Assembly (NCBI GenBank): GCA_964500445.1
Contig: CAZCOG010000001.1
Coordinates: 1 to 40,000, forward strand
DNA length: 40,000 bases
Source of the DNA: an uncultured Persicitalea sp.
GTDB lineage: Bacteria; Bacteroidota; Bacteroidia; Cytophagales; Spirosomataceae
Reading direction: 5' to 3'
The first letter of the stretch is position 1; each line of letters begins with the position of its first letter. Shown here piece after piece: positions 8,378 through 17,575 of the stretch. The translations under genes and the position numbers were made by a program. The notes under the pieces were generated by a model that was not told the DNA's origin, made no database searches, and was given only the letters and a program-made list of their open reading frames with translations.

Positions 8378-11356
8378 TCACTTTCCAACCTTCAGTACTT
8401 TAAAAGTCCTAGTCGTACGGTCATTATATTCCACTTTAAGGACATATACACCTATCGAAAGGCTTTCACCGAAACGAACCTGTTTGCCACGTTGTAAGGT
8501 GCCAAGTTTGAGGTGTTCGTAGCCGATCAGATCGTGTACTTTCATCTCGCGAATGTCCTTATCGGCGATAAAGGTAAAATCCACGCTGCTCGGATTGGGG
8601 TAAACTACGCCAGCAGCTTCGCTGGTTTCGCCTTCAACTACCCCAAGCCGGGCCGTGCTGCAAACAGATACGCTTTTGCAGTATTGCTTGTACCAGGGCG
8701 CGGCGGAGTAATTGACACCCACACATACCTGACCACCCGTAAACCACGGCCCAAAATTGATGCTCACTTTAGAGGGCTGCCCTGGTACTTGCGTCATACT
8801 TTGCGTAGACCCCGTACACCACCACGAAAAGTTGGTGGCATTGGGTAGTTTATTAGCGTTGAGTTCAAAAACACTTGTTTGATTGGGCGTTACGCAGTCC
8901 AGCCCCGTAATATCGGCGGTGGGGTTGGGTGGCGGAGTCGAAGAATTTACGGTAACGGACACCGCGCCCGAAATTGTGCTGGCTCCCTGATTGTCGGTTG
9001 CTTTGGCTGTCAAAGTATACGCACCGGCGGCGACATTCGTCCACGAGAAATTATAAGGAGCGATCATCTTCTCGCCCAATTTAGTACTTCCATTGTAAAA
9101 CTCGACCTTGGCCACGCTACCGTCGCTATCGACGGCGTTGGCAGTCATTGAAATAGTGGCGGGAGCAGTGAAAGTAGCGTTGTTAGACGGAGCGGTTAGA
9201 CTAATTGTTGGGGCCTGGTTGACTGGAGCAGCATTTACCGTCACAGGCACCACCGCCGAAGTGGTGGTGGCGCCTTGGTTATCGGTGGCTTTGGCCGTCA
9301 GGTTGTACGTTCCTGCCGCAACATTGTTCCACGCGAATTCGTAGGGCGCGGCGGCATCCTCTCCCAGCTTGGTTCCGCCATTGTAAAATTCGACTTTGGT
9401 CACGCTGCCATCGCTGTCGGCGGCATTGGCGGCAAGTGGGATCGTCGCCGGGGCCGTGAAGGTGGCATTGCTGGTTGGGGTAGTTAAACTAACTGTCGGA
9501 GCCTGATTGGTCGGAGGAGGAGGAGGCGTTCCGGTGCAGACGGAAACGCTTTTACAAAACTGTTTGTACCAGGGCGCAGCGGAGTAGTTGACACCCACGC
9601 ATACCTGCCCACCCGTAAAGCTTGACCCGAAGTCGATGTTGACTTTCTGCGGTTGCCCGGATACGGCTGTGATGCTCTGCGTAGAACCCGTACACCACCA
9701 CGAAAAGTTGGTGGCATTTGGCAAGTTGGTCGCGTTGAGTTCGTAAAGCTTGGTTTGATTGGTTGATACGCAGTCGGGACCGAGCAGGTCGGCAGAAGGG
9801 TTGCCCGGATTATTGACGTAAATCGTTACCGCCGATGAAGTACCAATGGCATTCTGGTTGTCAAACGCTTTGGCAGTCAAAGTATAGGAACCCGCCGCTA
9901 CGTTGGTCCATGTGTATTCGTAGGGCGCGGTGGCGTCCTCGCCCAGCTTTGTATTTCCTTGATAAAACTCAACTTTGGACACGTTGCCATCGCTATCAGC
10001 AGCGCTGGCGGTAATCGTAACGCTCGCCGGAGCGGTGAAAGTAGCATTACTAGCTGGTGAAGTAATCGAAGCAATAGGCGGTTGGTTAGGCGCTGGAGCA
10101 GCAGTCACCTGCACCGCCAATGAGGTAATAGGTTCACCCGGATCCAAGATCGCTTTTGCGGTAAAGGAATAGGTGCCCGCCGCAATTTTGGTGATGGTGA
10201 ACGTATAAGGTACTGTTGCATCCTCGCCTAACTTAGTCGCACCTTTGTAAAATTCGACCTTTGACACGGTGGCGTTGCCCGCACTAGCGGTAATAGTCAG
10301 GCTGGACCCGATGTTTACCGTAGAGTTGTTGGCCGGAGAAGTAATGGATACGAAAGGTGTAGCCGGACCGAAATCATCCGCTGGATTCAGAATTCGCTGC
10401 TTCACCCAAGTACCTGAGGTACTGGTATTGTTCCAGGCAGCATTGCTGCAAGCACCTGGATTGAGAGCAGAAGAAGTTTCGTTTTTGTCGGCAAAGTTCC
10501 AGTTGCACCAGCTCAGCTTGATGCCTGAGGAGTTATTTCCCGCCATCAGGTCTACCCAATTCTGGGCGTTGCTGTAGTTATCGCCCCCGTTGCCCGAATA
10601 ATTGCTCGTCCCCCATTCCGACATAAACAATGGAACTGTTTTGATGACATCGTCGATGTAGTTTTGGGTAAAGTGCGACCCGGCGTAGAAGTGAAACGTG
10701 TACATCACGTTGTGGGCATTGGCGCCGCTGAGCATATTACCACGAACATCGCCCGGCGTGCCGCTGTAATTGGGCGTACCGACCAGAATGATGGCGTCGG
10801 GCGCATATTGCCGGATGACCGGGATGACCTGCTCGGCGTAATTTTTGATCGACGCCCAGTTTACCCCGTTGGGTTCGTTACAAATTTCGTAGATCACGTT
10901 TTTCTTACCGGCGTTACGCTGCGCCATAATCTGAAAGAACTCAATAGCATCGGCCGTATGGATATTCGGGTCACCGGGATTGAGAATGTGCCAGTCGATG
11001 ATGCAGTACATGCCGGCCTGTTCCGACCAGTCCACAATCTGGTTGACCTTGTTGCGCAGCCCGGCCTTGTCGTTCAGGTAGCCTCCCTCATCTACATACA
11101 TAGCTGCCCGGAACACATCAGCCCCCCAATCGTTGGCCAGAGCATTTACCGATGATTGCGTGAAACATTGCGGAAACCAGTGCAGCCCGTGCGAACTCAT
11201 ACCGCGTAGTTGGATGGGCGTTCCGGACTCATTACAAAGCTGGCGATTGATCAATTGTAGTTTCCCGTTAGCTGCCAAAGGAGTCTGAGCGAAAGAAAAC
11301 GAAGCGAAAAGCAGCAGACAGAAAACAATTGAAAGGCGTAGAGCGAAGTTTTTCAT
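8378..11356 (-). CDS. T9SS-secreted glycoside hydrolase family 5 endoglucanase (cellulase) with Ig-like and Cys-rich accessory modules
   Basis: 992-aa ORF with signal peptide (...ASFSFAQ). GH5 catalytic domain spans aa ~25-325, with acid/base motif VIYEICNEPNG (E161) and nucleophile motif FMSEWGTS (E247). It is followed by four Ig-like repeats, two copies of an ~86-aa Cys module, a PPPPP linker and a C-terminal T9SS sorting domain. Confidence 0.9.
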   Translation of the reverse strand: MKNFALRLSIVFCLLLFASFSFAQTPLAANGKLQLINRQLCNESGTPIQLRGMSSHGLHWFPQCFTQSSVNALANDWGADVFRAAMYVDEGGYLNDKAGLRNKVNQIVDWSEQAGMYCIIDWHILNPGDPNIHTADAIEFFQIMAQRNAGKKNVIYEICNEPNGVNWASIKNYAEQVIPVIRQYAPDAIILVGTPNYSGTPGDVRGNMLSGANAHNVMYTFHFYAGSHFTQNYIDDVIKTVPLFMSEWGTSNYSGNGGDNYSNAQNWVDLMAGNNSSGIKLSWCNWNFADKNETSSALNPGACSNAAWNNTSTSGTWVKQRILNPADDFGPATPFVSITSPANNSTVNIGSSLTITASAGNATVSKVEFYKGATKLGEDATVPYTFTITKIAAGTYSFTAKAILDPGEPITSLAVQVTAAPAPNQPPIASITSPASNATFTAPASVTITASAADSDGNVSKVEFYQGNTKLGEDATAPYEYTWTNVAAGSYTLTAKAFDNQNAIGTSSAVTIYVNNPGNPSADLLGPDCVSTNQTKLYELNATNLPNATNFSWWCTGSTQSITAVSGQPQKVNIDFGSSFTGGQVCVGVNYSAAPWYKQFCKSVSVCTGTPPPPPTNQAPTVSLTTPTSNATFTAPATIPLAANAADSDGSVTKVEFYNGGTKLGEDAAAPYEFAWNNVAAGTYNLTAKATDNQGATTTSAVVPVTVNAAPVNQAPTISLTAPSNNATFTAPATISMTANAVDSDGSVAKVEFYNGSTKLGEKMIAPYNFSWTNVAAGAYTLTAKATDNQGASTISGAVSVTVNSSTPPPNPTADITGLDCVTPNQTSVFELNANKLPNATNFSWWCTGSTQSMTQVPGQPSKVSINFGPWFTGGQVCVGVNYSAAPWYKQYCKSVSVCSTARLGVVEGETSEAAGVVYPNPSSVDFTFIADKDIREMKVHDLIGYEHLKLGTLQRGKQVRFGESLSIGVYVLKVEYNDRTTRTFKVLKVGK
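8381..8608 (-). other. T9SS (Por) type-A C-terminal sorting domain of the GH5 protein
   Basis: The last ~76 aa are VVYPNPSSVDFTFIADKDIREMKVHDLIGYEHLKLGTLQRGKQVRFGESLSIGVYVLKVEYNDRTTRTFKVLKVGK. This matches the YPNP...GvY.lkv...k.vK pattern of Por_Secre_tail domains. Confidence 0.8.
8660..8917 (-). repeat. Cys-rich module, copy 2 (aa 814-899 of the GH5 protein)
   Basis: ADITGLDCVTPNQTSVFELNANKLPNATNFSWWCTGSTQSMTQVPGQPSKVSINFGPWFTGGQVCVGVNYSAAPWYKQYCKSVSVC. All five Cys positions are conserved relative to copy 1. Confidence 0.85.
8942..10357 (-). repeat. Four Ig-like (Big_7-type) protein repeats within the GH5 gene
   Basis: Repeats lie at nt 10103-10357, 9812-10078, 9233-9502 and 8942-9217. 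Each carries the motif SKVEFY.G.TKLGED...PY.F.W.NVAAG.Y.LTAKA.DNQG. Copies 2-4 are clearly closer to each other than to copy 1. Cys module 1 lies between copies 2 and 3. Confidence 0.8.
9536..9793 (-). repeat. Cys-rich module, copy 1 (aa 522-607 of the GH5 protein)
   Basis: ADLLGPDCVSTNQTKLYELNATNLPNATNFSWWCTGSTQSITAVSGQPQKVNIDFGSSFTGGQVCVGVNYSAAPWYKQFCKSVSVC. It is near-identical in pattern to copy 2. The two copies share an identical 32-nt run at the DNA level (cccgtacaccaccacgaaaagttggtggcatt). Confidence 0.85.
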
Positions 11357-11570
11357 AAAACCCGTAGTCTAAAAGTTGAACACTATGAACCCAAAAATTT
11401 GTTAAAAGCGGAATTTAGTGTGTGCTTGAAAACTCAAAGATTTTTATGTCTAAATGTAACAAATAGTTCTATTAATTTAATAAAACGGTTACTGAAAAAA
11501 AATCTGGTAAGAATGAATTCCGAGATTTTACGATCCGTTCTCTGTTACAAACTCTTTAACTACTATTCCT

Positions 11571-12485
11571 ATGAATCAAGGCCAATCCACCGAAACCAAA
11601 CCCCTCGACACCGTCATGAACGGCCTGATGCGCCGCTACCAGGAGCGCGTCCCCGATGTAAAGAAAATCCTGAACGCAATGGTGGAAGAAGAAATCATTG
11701 CCCATACCGAAGCTATCGAAAACGATCACATTGCCTTTCGTACGCTGGGCGTTGAGCATTTAGGGATTGCTTCTTTCGAGAAGATCTTCCTGCACTACGG
11801 CTACCAGAAACGTGACTATTACTACTTCGAGGGCAAAAAGCTCGACGCCTACTGGTTCAGTCCACCGGAGCCAAACTACCCGCGAGTTTTTGTCAGCGAA
11901 TTGCGGGTAAACGAGCTTTCCGACGAGGCACAGCGCATTATTTTGAGCTATACCAGTGAAGTAAAAAGTGATCCGGTGGACAGTCTGAATTTAGAAGATG
12001 GCGAAGTCGTGGACGCTTTTCTTCATCAGCCACTCTGGCGTACGCCTACCCTGACCGATTACCTGACATTATTAAAAGAAAGTGAGTACGCTGCCTGGGT
12101 AATCTATAACCGCTACTACCTCAACCACTTCACAATCAGCGTCCATAATCTACCCGAAGGCTATAATACCGTAGCGGAGTTTAATGAATTTCTGGAAAAG
12201 CAGGGCATCAAACTGAACGACTCCGGCGGTAAAATAAAGGAAAGCCCGGACGGTGGTTTACTACAAAGCTCCGCCGTGGCGCAGATGCTGGAAGCTGAGT
12301 TTGCCAACGGCGAGAAGTACATGATTTCGGGCTCCTACGTAGAGTTCGCCGAGCGGCGAGTCCTGCCCGAGTTCGCCGAACTACCCGCTGACCAAATCCA
12401 GCGCCAACACCGCCGCGATGGCTTCGAAGCAGGAAACGCCGACAAGATTTTTGAAAGTACCTACACGACGCAGACGGGAAAGTGA
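11571..12485 (+). CDS. DUF1338-family (HglS/YdcJ-like) VOC-fold metalloenzyme
   Basis: 304-aa ORF with DUF1338-type motifs: DHIAFRTLG, YYLNHFTISV and GSYVEFAERR (His/His/Glu metal-site pattern). Confidence 0.7.
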   Translation: MNQGQSTETKPLDTVMNGLMRRYQERVPDVKKILNAMVEEEIIAHTEAIENDHIAFRTLGVEHLGIASFEKIFLHYGYQKRDYYYFEGKKLDAYWFSPPEPNYPRVFVSELRVNELSDEAQRIILSYTSEVKSDPVDSLNLEDGEVVDAFLHQPLWRTPTLTDYLTLLKESEYAAWVIYNRYYLNHFTISVHNLPEGYNTVAEFNEFLEKQGIKLNDSGGKIKESPDGGLLQSSAVAQMLEAEFANGEKYMISGSYVEFAERRVLPEFAELPADQIQRQHRRDGFEAGNADKIFESTYTTQTGK

Positions 12486-12621
12486 AGAAAGTTGAAACGA
12501 AATCGCGTTCACTTTGAACTTACTCTTTTAATTCAAAGAACTTTGTCCCTATGCTGCTCTGCGCCTTCTGAACTTTGTGGCTTTGTACCTCTGCCCCTCA
12601 AGTACTTTGCCCCTCAAATCC

Positions 12622-15507
12622 TCAATACCCGCTCCGGTCCACAAACGACCGTCGACGCGACAGCTTCAAATCCTGCAGGATGGATGACTTGGCTTTCAGC
12701 GTAAAGGAGTAGTTGCTGGCCCGCAGTCGGTTGCCCGCGAAGGGCGTCCAGTTGAACGACATATCCCAGCAGTGCAGATCGCGGTAGAGCGAAACCGTAG
12801 TAATTGATGGACTAAGCGCCTGAAAGTCGAAGCCCGTTTGCAAGCTTAGCTTCCACTTGGGCGTCAGGCTCAAGTCGCCGTTGGCGCTGAGAGTCTGGAT
12901 GATCTGAGCAGGCTGCAAGCCGAAACGACTCAGGCCAAAGTTGTAGTTGATGTTGACATTCCAGGGAATATCGAAATCAACGTACAGATTGGGGTTGCGC
13001 TGGATGAATTCCAAGTTTTCCGCCGTGGCTTGCGGATTGACGGGGTTGGGCGGCGCAGGCTTCTTCTCCGGGTCTTTTTTCTTAGGATTAAAACTTTTTG
13101 AAAAAGTAACGTTCAAATTTGACAACCGCGCCAGCCCCTGCCCGCGCTTAATCGCAAATTCATTGATGCGGATACCCGCTGTATTGTTCGGGCTTCGCGC
13201 ATCAAGAATGTAAGCATAAGGATCGAACGTCATGTTAAAGTTCAGGTTTAGATCCTTAATGGTCGTATTGGCATTGACCGATAGATTCGACAGATTGAGC
13301 GAATCGGCGATCAGGTTATAACTACCATTGAAGCTGAGGTTGTCCAGTAACGAAACCTTTTCAAATTGTTGATCGGAAGTGTCGCTTCGGGAGCGGAGTT
13401 TCATTTCAAAGGAGTTGTTCAGGCTATACGAAATTACGCCCGAGGCTCGTCCGTTACTGGACGTGTTGCCGATGCCCCGGTAGCGCGACAGGAAACGCGT
13501 TTCGCCATCGTCGTTAATCTGGGTGTTTTGGTAAAAACCAAAATTGTCCCCCGAGAAATCGGGCGTGTAGCTGAACGACACGGCTGGAATCACCGTGTGC
13601 CTGATAGCCTCCAGCCGCTTTCCCCTCACGAAAAAAGTACCATAAAAGCGAGTATTCAGTCCCGCGCTCATCGAATAGCTGTACTCACTACCTACCCGAT
13701 TGATGGTGTCGATTCGGACACGGTTATTACCCATGTAGGTGTATCTGTACTGCCTGGAAAAAACTTCGCCCTGCAACGAAATGCCGGGGGTGAAGTTAAT
13801 AAAACGAAGAAGTTTGAAGTTGGGCAGCGAGATGGGAATAGAGTAGCGACCATTGAACTGCGCGTCTTTAAGCAGGTCGGGCAGGTTGGTGAAGTTGAAG
13901 TCAAGCACCGTATCACCCTGCGTACGAACTTCGTCTATTTGGTTAGTGACAAAAAATCCGAGTCGGGAGTAGGTCGTGTCAATGGCCGAAAGCGTGTTAT
14001 TGACGCTATAATCTCCGTTGAAATCCATACCGAGCCGGAAGCTTTCGTACCACGCCCCACGCCCACCATTTAAGGCGAAAGGGGCAATCTGGTTGACGCC
14101 AAAGTTGAACGACGTCGAAACGTCGGTCTTACCGCCAGTTTTTAATCCAGTTTGAGGGTTGGGCGTACCGAAGTTCTGATTCACCCGCAGGCTGGCCCCG
14201 GCGCGGGCGTACTGCCCGAAGGTGCGGTTATACTGCACTGACGAACTGGCGACGTTCGAGATGTACTTTTGGGTCTCCTGGGCATTGTACTGGTTAAAGC
14301 TGTTGCTGGTTACGTTCACGTTGGCCGAGAATGTGGAGTTGCCACGCGGCACGGGTGCGTGCGACCACACGACGCTGAAATCATTGCGCCCCGGCCGGTT
14401 TAGTAATCTATCCAACTCGTCGCCGGACTTATTACGGTTGAAGCGCAGCGACACGTTGCCATTGTAGCGGTAGCGTTTGGTATAAACCGAACTCACTCCC
14501 AGTCCCCAGCTTCCGGTAGAATAAATTTGCCCGGTGACAGTAGCATTAAAATTCTCGCTGACGGCAAAGTAGTAGCCGCCATCGCGCAGGTAAAAACCGC
14601 GTCCGTTGGGTTCTTCGCCGTAGGCCGGAAAAAGAATACCCGAAGTACCAATCTCTTTTTTCTTAGGAAAAGGAAAAAAGCCGAACGGTAGCCCAAGCGG
14701 CAGAGGTACATCGGCAATGACCAGATTGAACGGCCCCGACACGACCTGCTTATTATCGATCAGCTTGATTTTTGGGGCATTGATGTAGAAGTGCGGGTGC
14801 GTGAGATTACAGGTAGTGTAGATGGCATGCTTGATGTACAAATTCCCCTCCTGATCTTTCTTGACCTGTTCGCCCCGGATATTTCCCTCCCCTTGCTGCG
14901 TCACCACACCCCGAATAAAACCCTTTTTGGTTTTATAGTTATAGCGTAGTTCTTTGGTATTATAGGCTTCCGCCCCATCCTGAAAAATGGGTTCGCCGAT
15001 GGTTTCCTTGGTGGTAGAATCATAAGTACCTCTAGCGAAAAGCTCATTCGTAGTCCAGTCGATACGGATGTAATCCGCCTTGAGATTGATGGTACCATAG
15101 GTCACCTCGGCGTCGCCGTAAAGGTGTACCTGCTTGCCGTCCACGTCCATAATCGTGGAGTCCGTGGACTTGTACTCTACCGTAGATTGCAGGTCGCTCT
15201 GTTTGGCCAAAGAATCTACCCGCAATGAATCGGCGCGGAGCGAATCCAGCCTGATCCCCAGTGTGTCGCTTGTCGCGATACGGACTCCGGTGGACAACGT
15301 CGTCGAGTCAGTCGCAGTCAACGTATCGGAAGTTACGGAGGGAAGGGAAATAGGGTTTTGACTCGCCACCGAGGAGTCCGCCGTGGCAGCTTTGCCGAAC
15401 AGGCGACCGGAACGGCCCGATTGTTGCTGAGTTCTTACGCATCCCACCAGCAGAAGTACGCACAGGCTCAGCGATATACTAAACCACTTTTTTTTCAGTT
15501 GTATCAA
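12622..15507 (-). CDS. lptD: LptD/OstA-like outer-membrane LPS-assembly protein (Bacteroidota type)
   Basis: 961-aa ORF. OstA-N-like segment (VEYKSTDSTIMDVDGKQVHLYGDAEVTYGTINLKADYIRIDWTTNELFARG), then a very long beta-strand-rich region. Arranged divergently from an Amidase_3 gene, which I recall as a common arrangement for this gene in the phylum. The LptD assignment is by family resemblance only. Confidence 0.7.
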   Translation of the reverse strand: MIQLKKKWFSISLSLCVLLLVGCVRTQQQSGRSGRLFGKAATADSSVASQNPISLPSVTSDTLTATDSTTLSTGVRIATSDTLGIRLDSLRADSLRVDSLAKQSDLQSTVEYKSTDSTIMDVDGKQVHLYGDAEVTYGTINLKADYIRIDWTTNELFARGTYDSTTKETIGEPIFQDGAEAYNTKELRYNYKTKKGFIRGVVTQQGEGNIRGEQVKKDQEGNLYIKHAIYTTCNLTHPHFYINAPKIKLIDNKQVVSGPFNLVIADVPLPLGLPFGFFPFPKKKEIGTSGILFPAYGEEPNGRGFYLRDGGYYFAVSENFNATVTGQIYSTGSWGLGVSSVYTKRYRYNGNVSLRFNRNKSGDELDRLLNRPGRNDFSVVWSHAPVPRGNSTFSANVNVTSNSFNQYNAQETQKYISNVASSSVQYNRTFGQYARAGASLRVNQNFGTPNPQTGLKTGGKTDVSTSFNFGVNQIAPFALNGGRGAWYESFRLGMDFNGDYSVNNTLSAIDTTYSRLGFFVTNQIDEVRTQGDTVLDFNFTNLPDLLKDAQFNGRYSIPISLPNFKLLRFINFTPGISLQGEVFSRQYRYTYMGNNRVRIDTINRVGSEYSYSMSAGLNTRFYGTFFVRGKRLEAIRHTVIPAVSFSYTPDFSGDNFGFYQNTQINDDGETRFLSRYRGIGNTSSNGRASGVISYSLNNSFEMKLRSRSDTSDQQFEKVSLLDNLSFNGSYNLIADSLNLSNLSVNANTTIKDLNLNFNMTFDPYAYILDARSPNNTAGIRINEFAIKRGQGLARLSNLNVTFSKSFNPKKKDPEKKPAPPNPVNPQATAENLEFIQRNPNLYVDFDIPWNVNINYNFGLSRFGLQPAQIIQTLSANGDLSLTPKWKLSLQTGFDFQALSPSITTVSLYRDLHCWDMSFNWTPFAGNRLRASNYSFTLKAKSSILQDLKLSRRRSFVDRSGY

Positions 15508-15513
15508 AAAGCG

Positions 15514-15521
15514 TATTTTTG
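15514..15521 (+). promoter_or_regulatory. -7 box candidate (TATTTTTG) for the amidase-mlaD genes
   Basis: A TAnnTTTG match 67 nt upstream of the amidase ATG, in the 80-bp divergent spacer with the lptD-like gene. Confidence 0.25.
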
Positions 15522-15587
15522 CCTAAAATTCAAGATGTCAAAATTAGTGGAGAAACCACTAAGGAGTAACGCACGAAGCAAAAAATA

Positions 15588-16379
15588 ATGTTAAAAGTTC
15601 TTAAAATGGCGGCTGCCTCGGGTGGATTGGTGTTAAGTTTGGCCTTCGCTCTTCAACAAGAACCCGTTTCTGAAAACAACCCCGGCCTGATCGACGTGGT
15701 AGTTATTGACGCCGGTCATGGCGGTCACGACCCCGGCACGCGTGGTAAAGTAGCCCGCGAATCCCGCACCACACTCAAAATTGCCTTGGCTCTGGGCAAG
15801 AAGATCAAAGCCGAAATGCCGGAAGTGAAAGTACTGTATACCAGAACTTCCGACGTTTTTGTTGAGCTCGATGAGCGTTCGGCTTACGCCAACCGCAACC
15901 GCGCCGACCTTTTTATTTCCATTCATTGCAACGCCGGTTCCAGCCGCGCTCTGGGTACCGAAACTTACGTTATGGGACTGCACAAGTCCGAGGCTAACCT
16001 TGCCGTTGCCAAGCGCGAAAACTCGGTAATTTTGAAGGAGAAAGATTATAAAGAGACCTATAAGGGCTTCGACCCCACTTCACCGCTGGCCCATATTATG
16101 CTGGCCAATTACCAGAGCGCCTACTTGTCGAGTAGTCTCTTATTCGCCAGTCGGGTGGAGCGGCAGTTCCGGGCGGAGTCGAAGCGCCGGAGTCGGGGTG
16201 TCAAGCAGGCAGGATTCCTGGTACTTTGGCGCACAAATATGCCCAGTGTGCTGGTAGAAACGGGTTTTTTAAGTAATCCGGAAGAAGAAGCTTATTTGAA
16301 TTCCGCAGACGGACAGGATGAAGTAGCGGAGGCGGTTTATGGTGCTTTCAAGCAGTACCGCAAGGAGATGGAACGATAA
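15588..16379 (+). CDS. N-acetylmuramoyl-L-alanine amidase (Amidase_3 family)
   Basis: 263-aa ORF. Zn-ligand motifs VVIDAGHGGHDPG, DLFISIHCNA and SVLVETGFLSNPEE. Signal-like N-terminus. Confidence 0.9.
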   Translation: MLKVLKMAAASGGLVLSLAFALQQEPVSENNPGLIDVVVIDAGHGGHDPGTRGKVARESRTTLKIALALGKKIKAEMPEVKVLYTRTSDVFVELDERSAYANRNRADLFISIHCNAGSSRALGTETYVMGLHKSEANLAVAKRENSVILKEKDYKETYKGFDPTSPLAHIMLANYQSAYLSSSLLFASRVERQFRAESKRRSRGVKQAGFLVLWRTNMPSVLVETGFLSNPEEEAYLNSADGQDEVAEAVYGAFKQYRKEMER

Positions 16380-16432
16380 TAGTGGTATTTTCGTAGCAGA
16401 AATAAACCTTTCCACCCTCACGCTTCAACTCA

Positions 16433-17428
16433 ATGAAACTCTCCCGCGAGCTGAAAGTAGGCTTATTGTCGGTCGTCACGATTGCGATGCTCTACTTTGG
16501 CTTCAATTTTCTGAAAGGATCCGATATCTTTTCACCAAATAAAAAATACTTCGTTGTTTATAATAATATCGACGGGCTTACATCTTCTAACCCAGTCATG
16601 CTCAATGGCCTGGTAGTGGGTCAGGTGCGGAAGATAAAAATAGAACAGGAAAAAAATAACCGCCTGCTGGTGACGCTGGACATCCGCAAAGATCTCATCC
16701 TGCGGCAAGGTACCCAGGCCATCCTAGCCGACGGCGGCTTACTCGGTGATAAGGTCATCCGGTTGCAAATCAGCCCCACAGGCAACGAATTACAAGACGG
16801 CGACACACTGATGGGCAATCAGGAAGCGGGTATTCAGGCACTTCTGCAGGAACGCACGCTACCCGTCATTACCCACGCCGATTCGTTGGTGCAGAATCTT
16901 AATACCGTCACCAAGGGATTTCAGGAAACCGGGGCGATTCTGAATCAGGTACTTCGTAATTTTGACCAGACGGGCAATGCCTTTCGGGCCACGCTTCAGC
17001 AAAACCAAAAAAGCCTGGCTGAACTTACCGCTAATCTGAGCGAGCTTTCCGCTTCGCTCGTTGAAACCGAAAAGAAAATCGGCCCGTTGCTCGCCAAAAC
17101 GGGTACTTTCGCCGACTCACTGAACGCCCTGCGCCTGGGCGAGACGGTCAACCGCGCCAACCAGCTGGTAGCACAGATGGAGCAGCTTGTCGCTTCGGTC
17201 AAGACGGGCCAGGGTACTGCCAGTAAGCTTATCAACGACGATAAGCTTTACAACAATCTCAACTATACTATCATCAGCATGAACCAGTTGCTGGCCAACC
17301 TGCGCGAGAATCCAAAACGATACGTAAACGTGTCGATTTTCGGCAGGAAGGATAAAGGCCCTACCGAGTCGCCTGTGGATACGACACTGGAATTTAAAAA
17401 GCCGGCGGTGGATTCACTACAAAATTGA
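16433..17428 (+). CDS. MlaD/MCE-domain protein
   Basis: 331-aa ORF. N-terminal anchor MKLSRELKVGLLSVVTIAMLYFGFNFLKG. MCE beta-barrel core (GLTSSNPVMLNGLVVGQVRKI), followed by a long coiled-coil-like tail. Confidence 0.85.
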   Translation: MKLSRELKVGLLSVVTIAMLYFGFNFLKGSDIFSPNKKYFVVYNNIDGLTSSNPVMLNGLVVGQVRKIKIEQEKNNRLLVTLDIRKDLILRQGTQAILADGGLLGDKVIRLQISPTGNELQDGDTLMGNQEAGIQALLQERTLPVITHADSLVQNLNTVTKGFQETGAILNQVLRNFDQTGNAFRATLQQNQKSLAELTANLSELSASLVETEKKIGPLLAKTGTFADSLNALRLGETVNRANQLVAQMEQLVASVKTGQGTASKLINDDKLYNNLNYTIISMNQLLANLRENPKRYVNVSIFGRKDKGPTESPVDTTLEFKKPAVDSLQN

Positions 17429-17575
17429 GTTGATTAAGTCAGCTTTATAGTTGAAAAGGGCAGAGATTGAACGGGTAGAGGCTAGGTTTTTCAATGTCGG
17501 AAAGTACCTGGCAGAAGCAAGTATAGAATTTGAATGCCACGAAGTACTTCCCAAAAACACTGCTTTCAAAGGTCG

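Noticed and set aside
12592-12617. Direct repeat TGCCCCTCAA x2 (16-nt period) and several CTTTG motifs just downstream of the lptD-like stop
   Set aside because: Short, only two copies, with no associated hairpin or coding feature. Most likely chance or 3'-UTR sequence.
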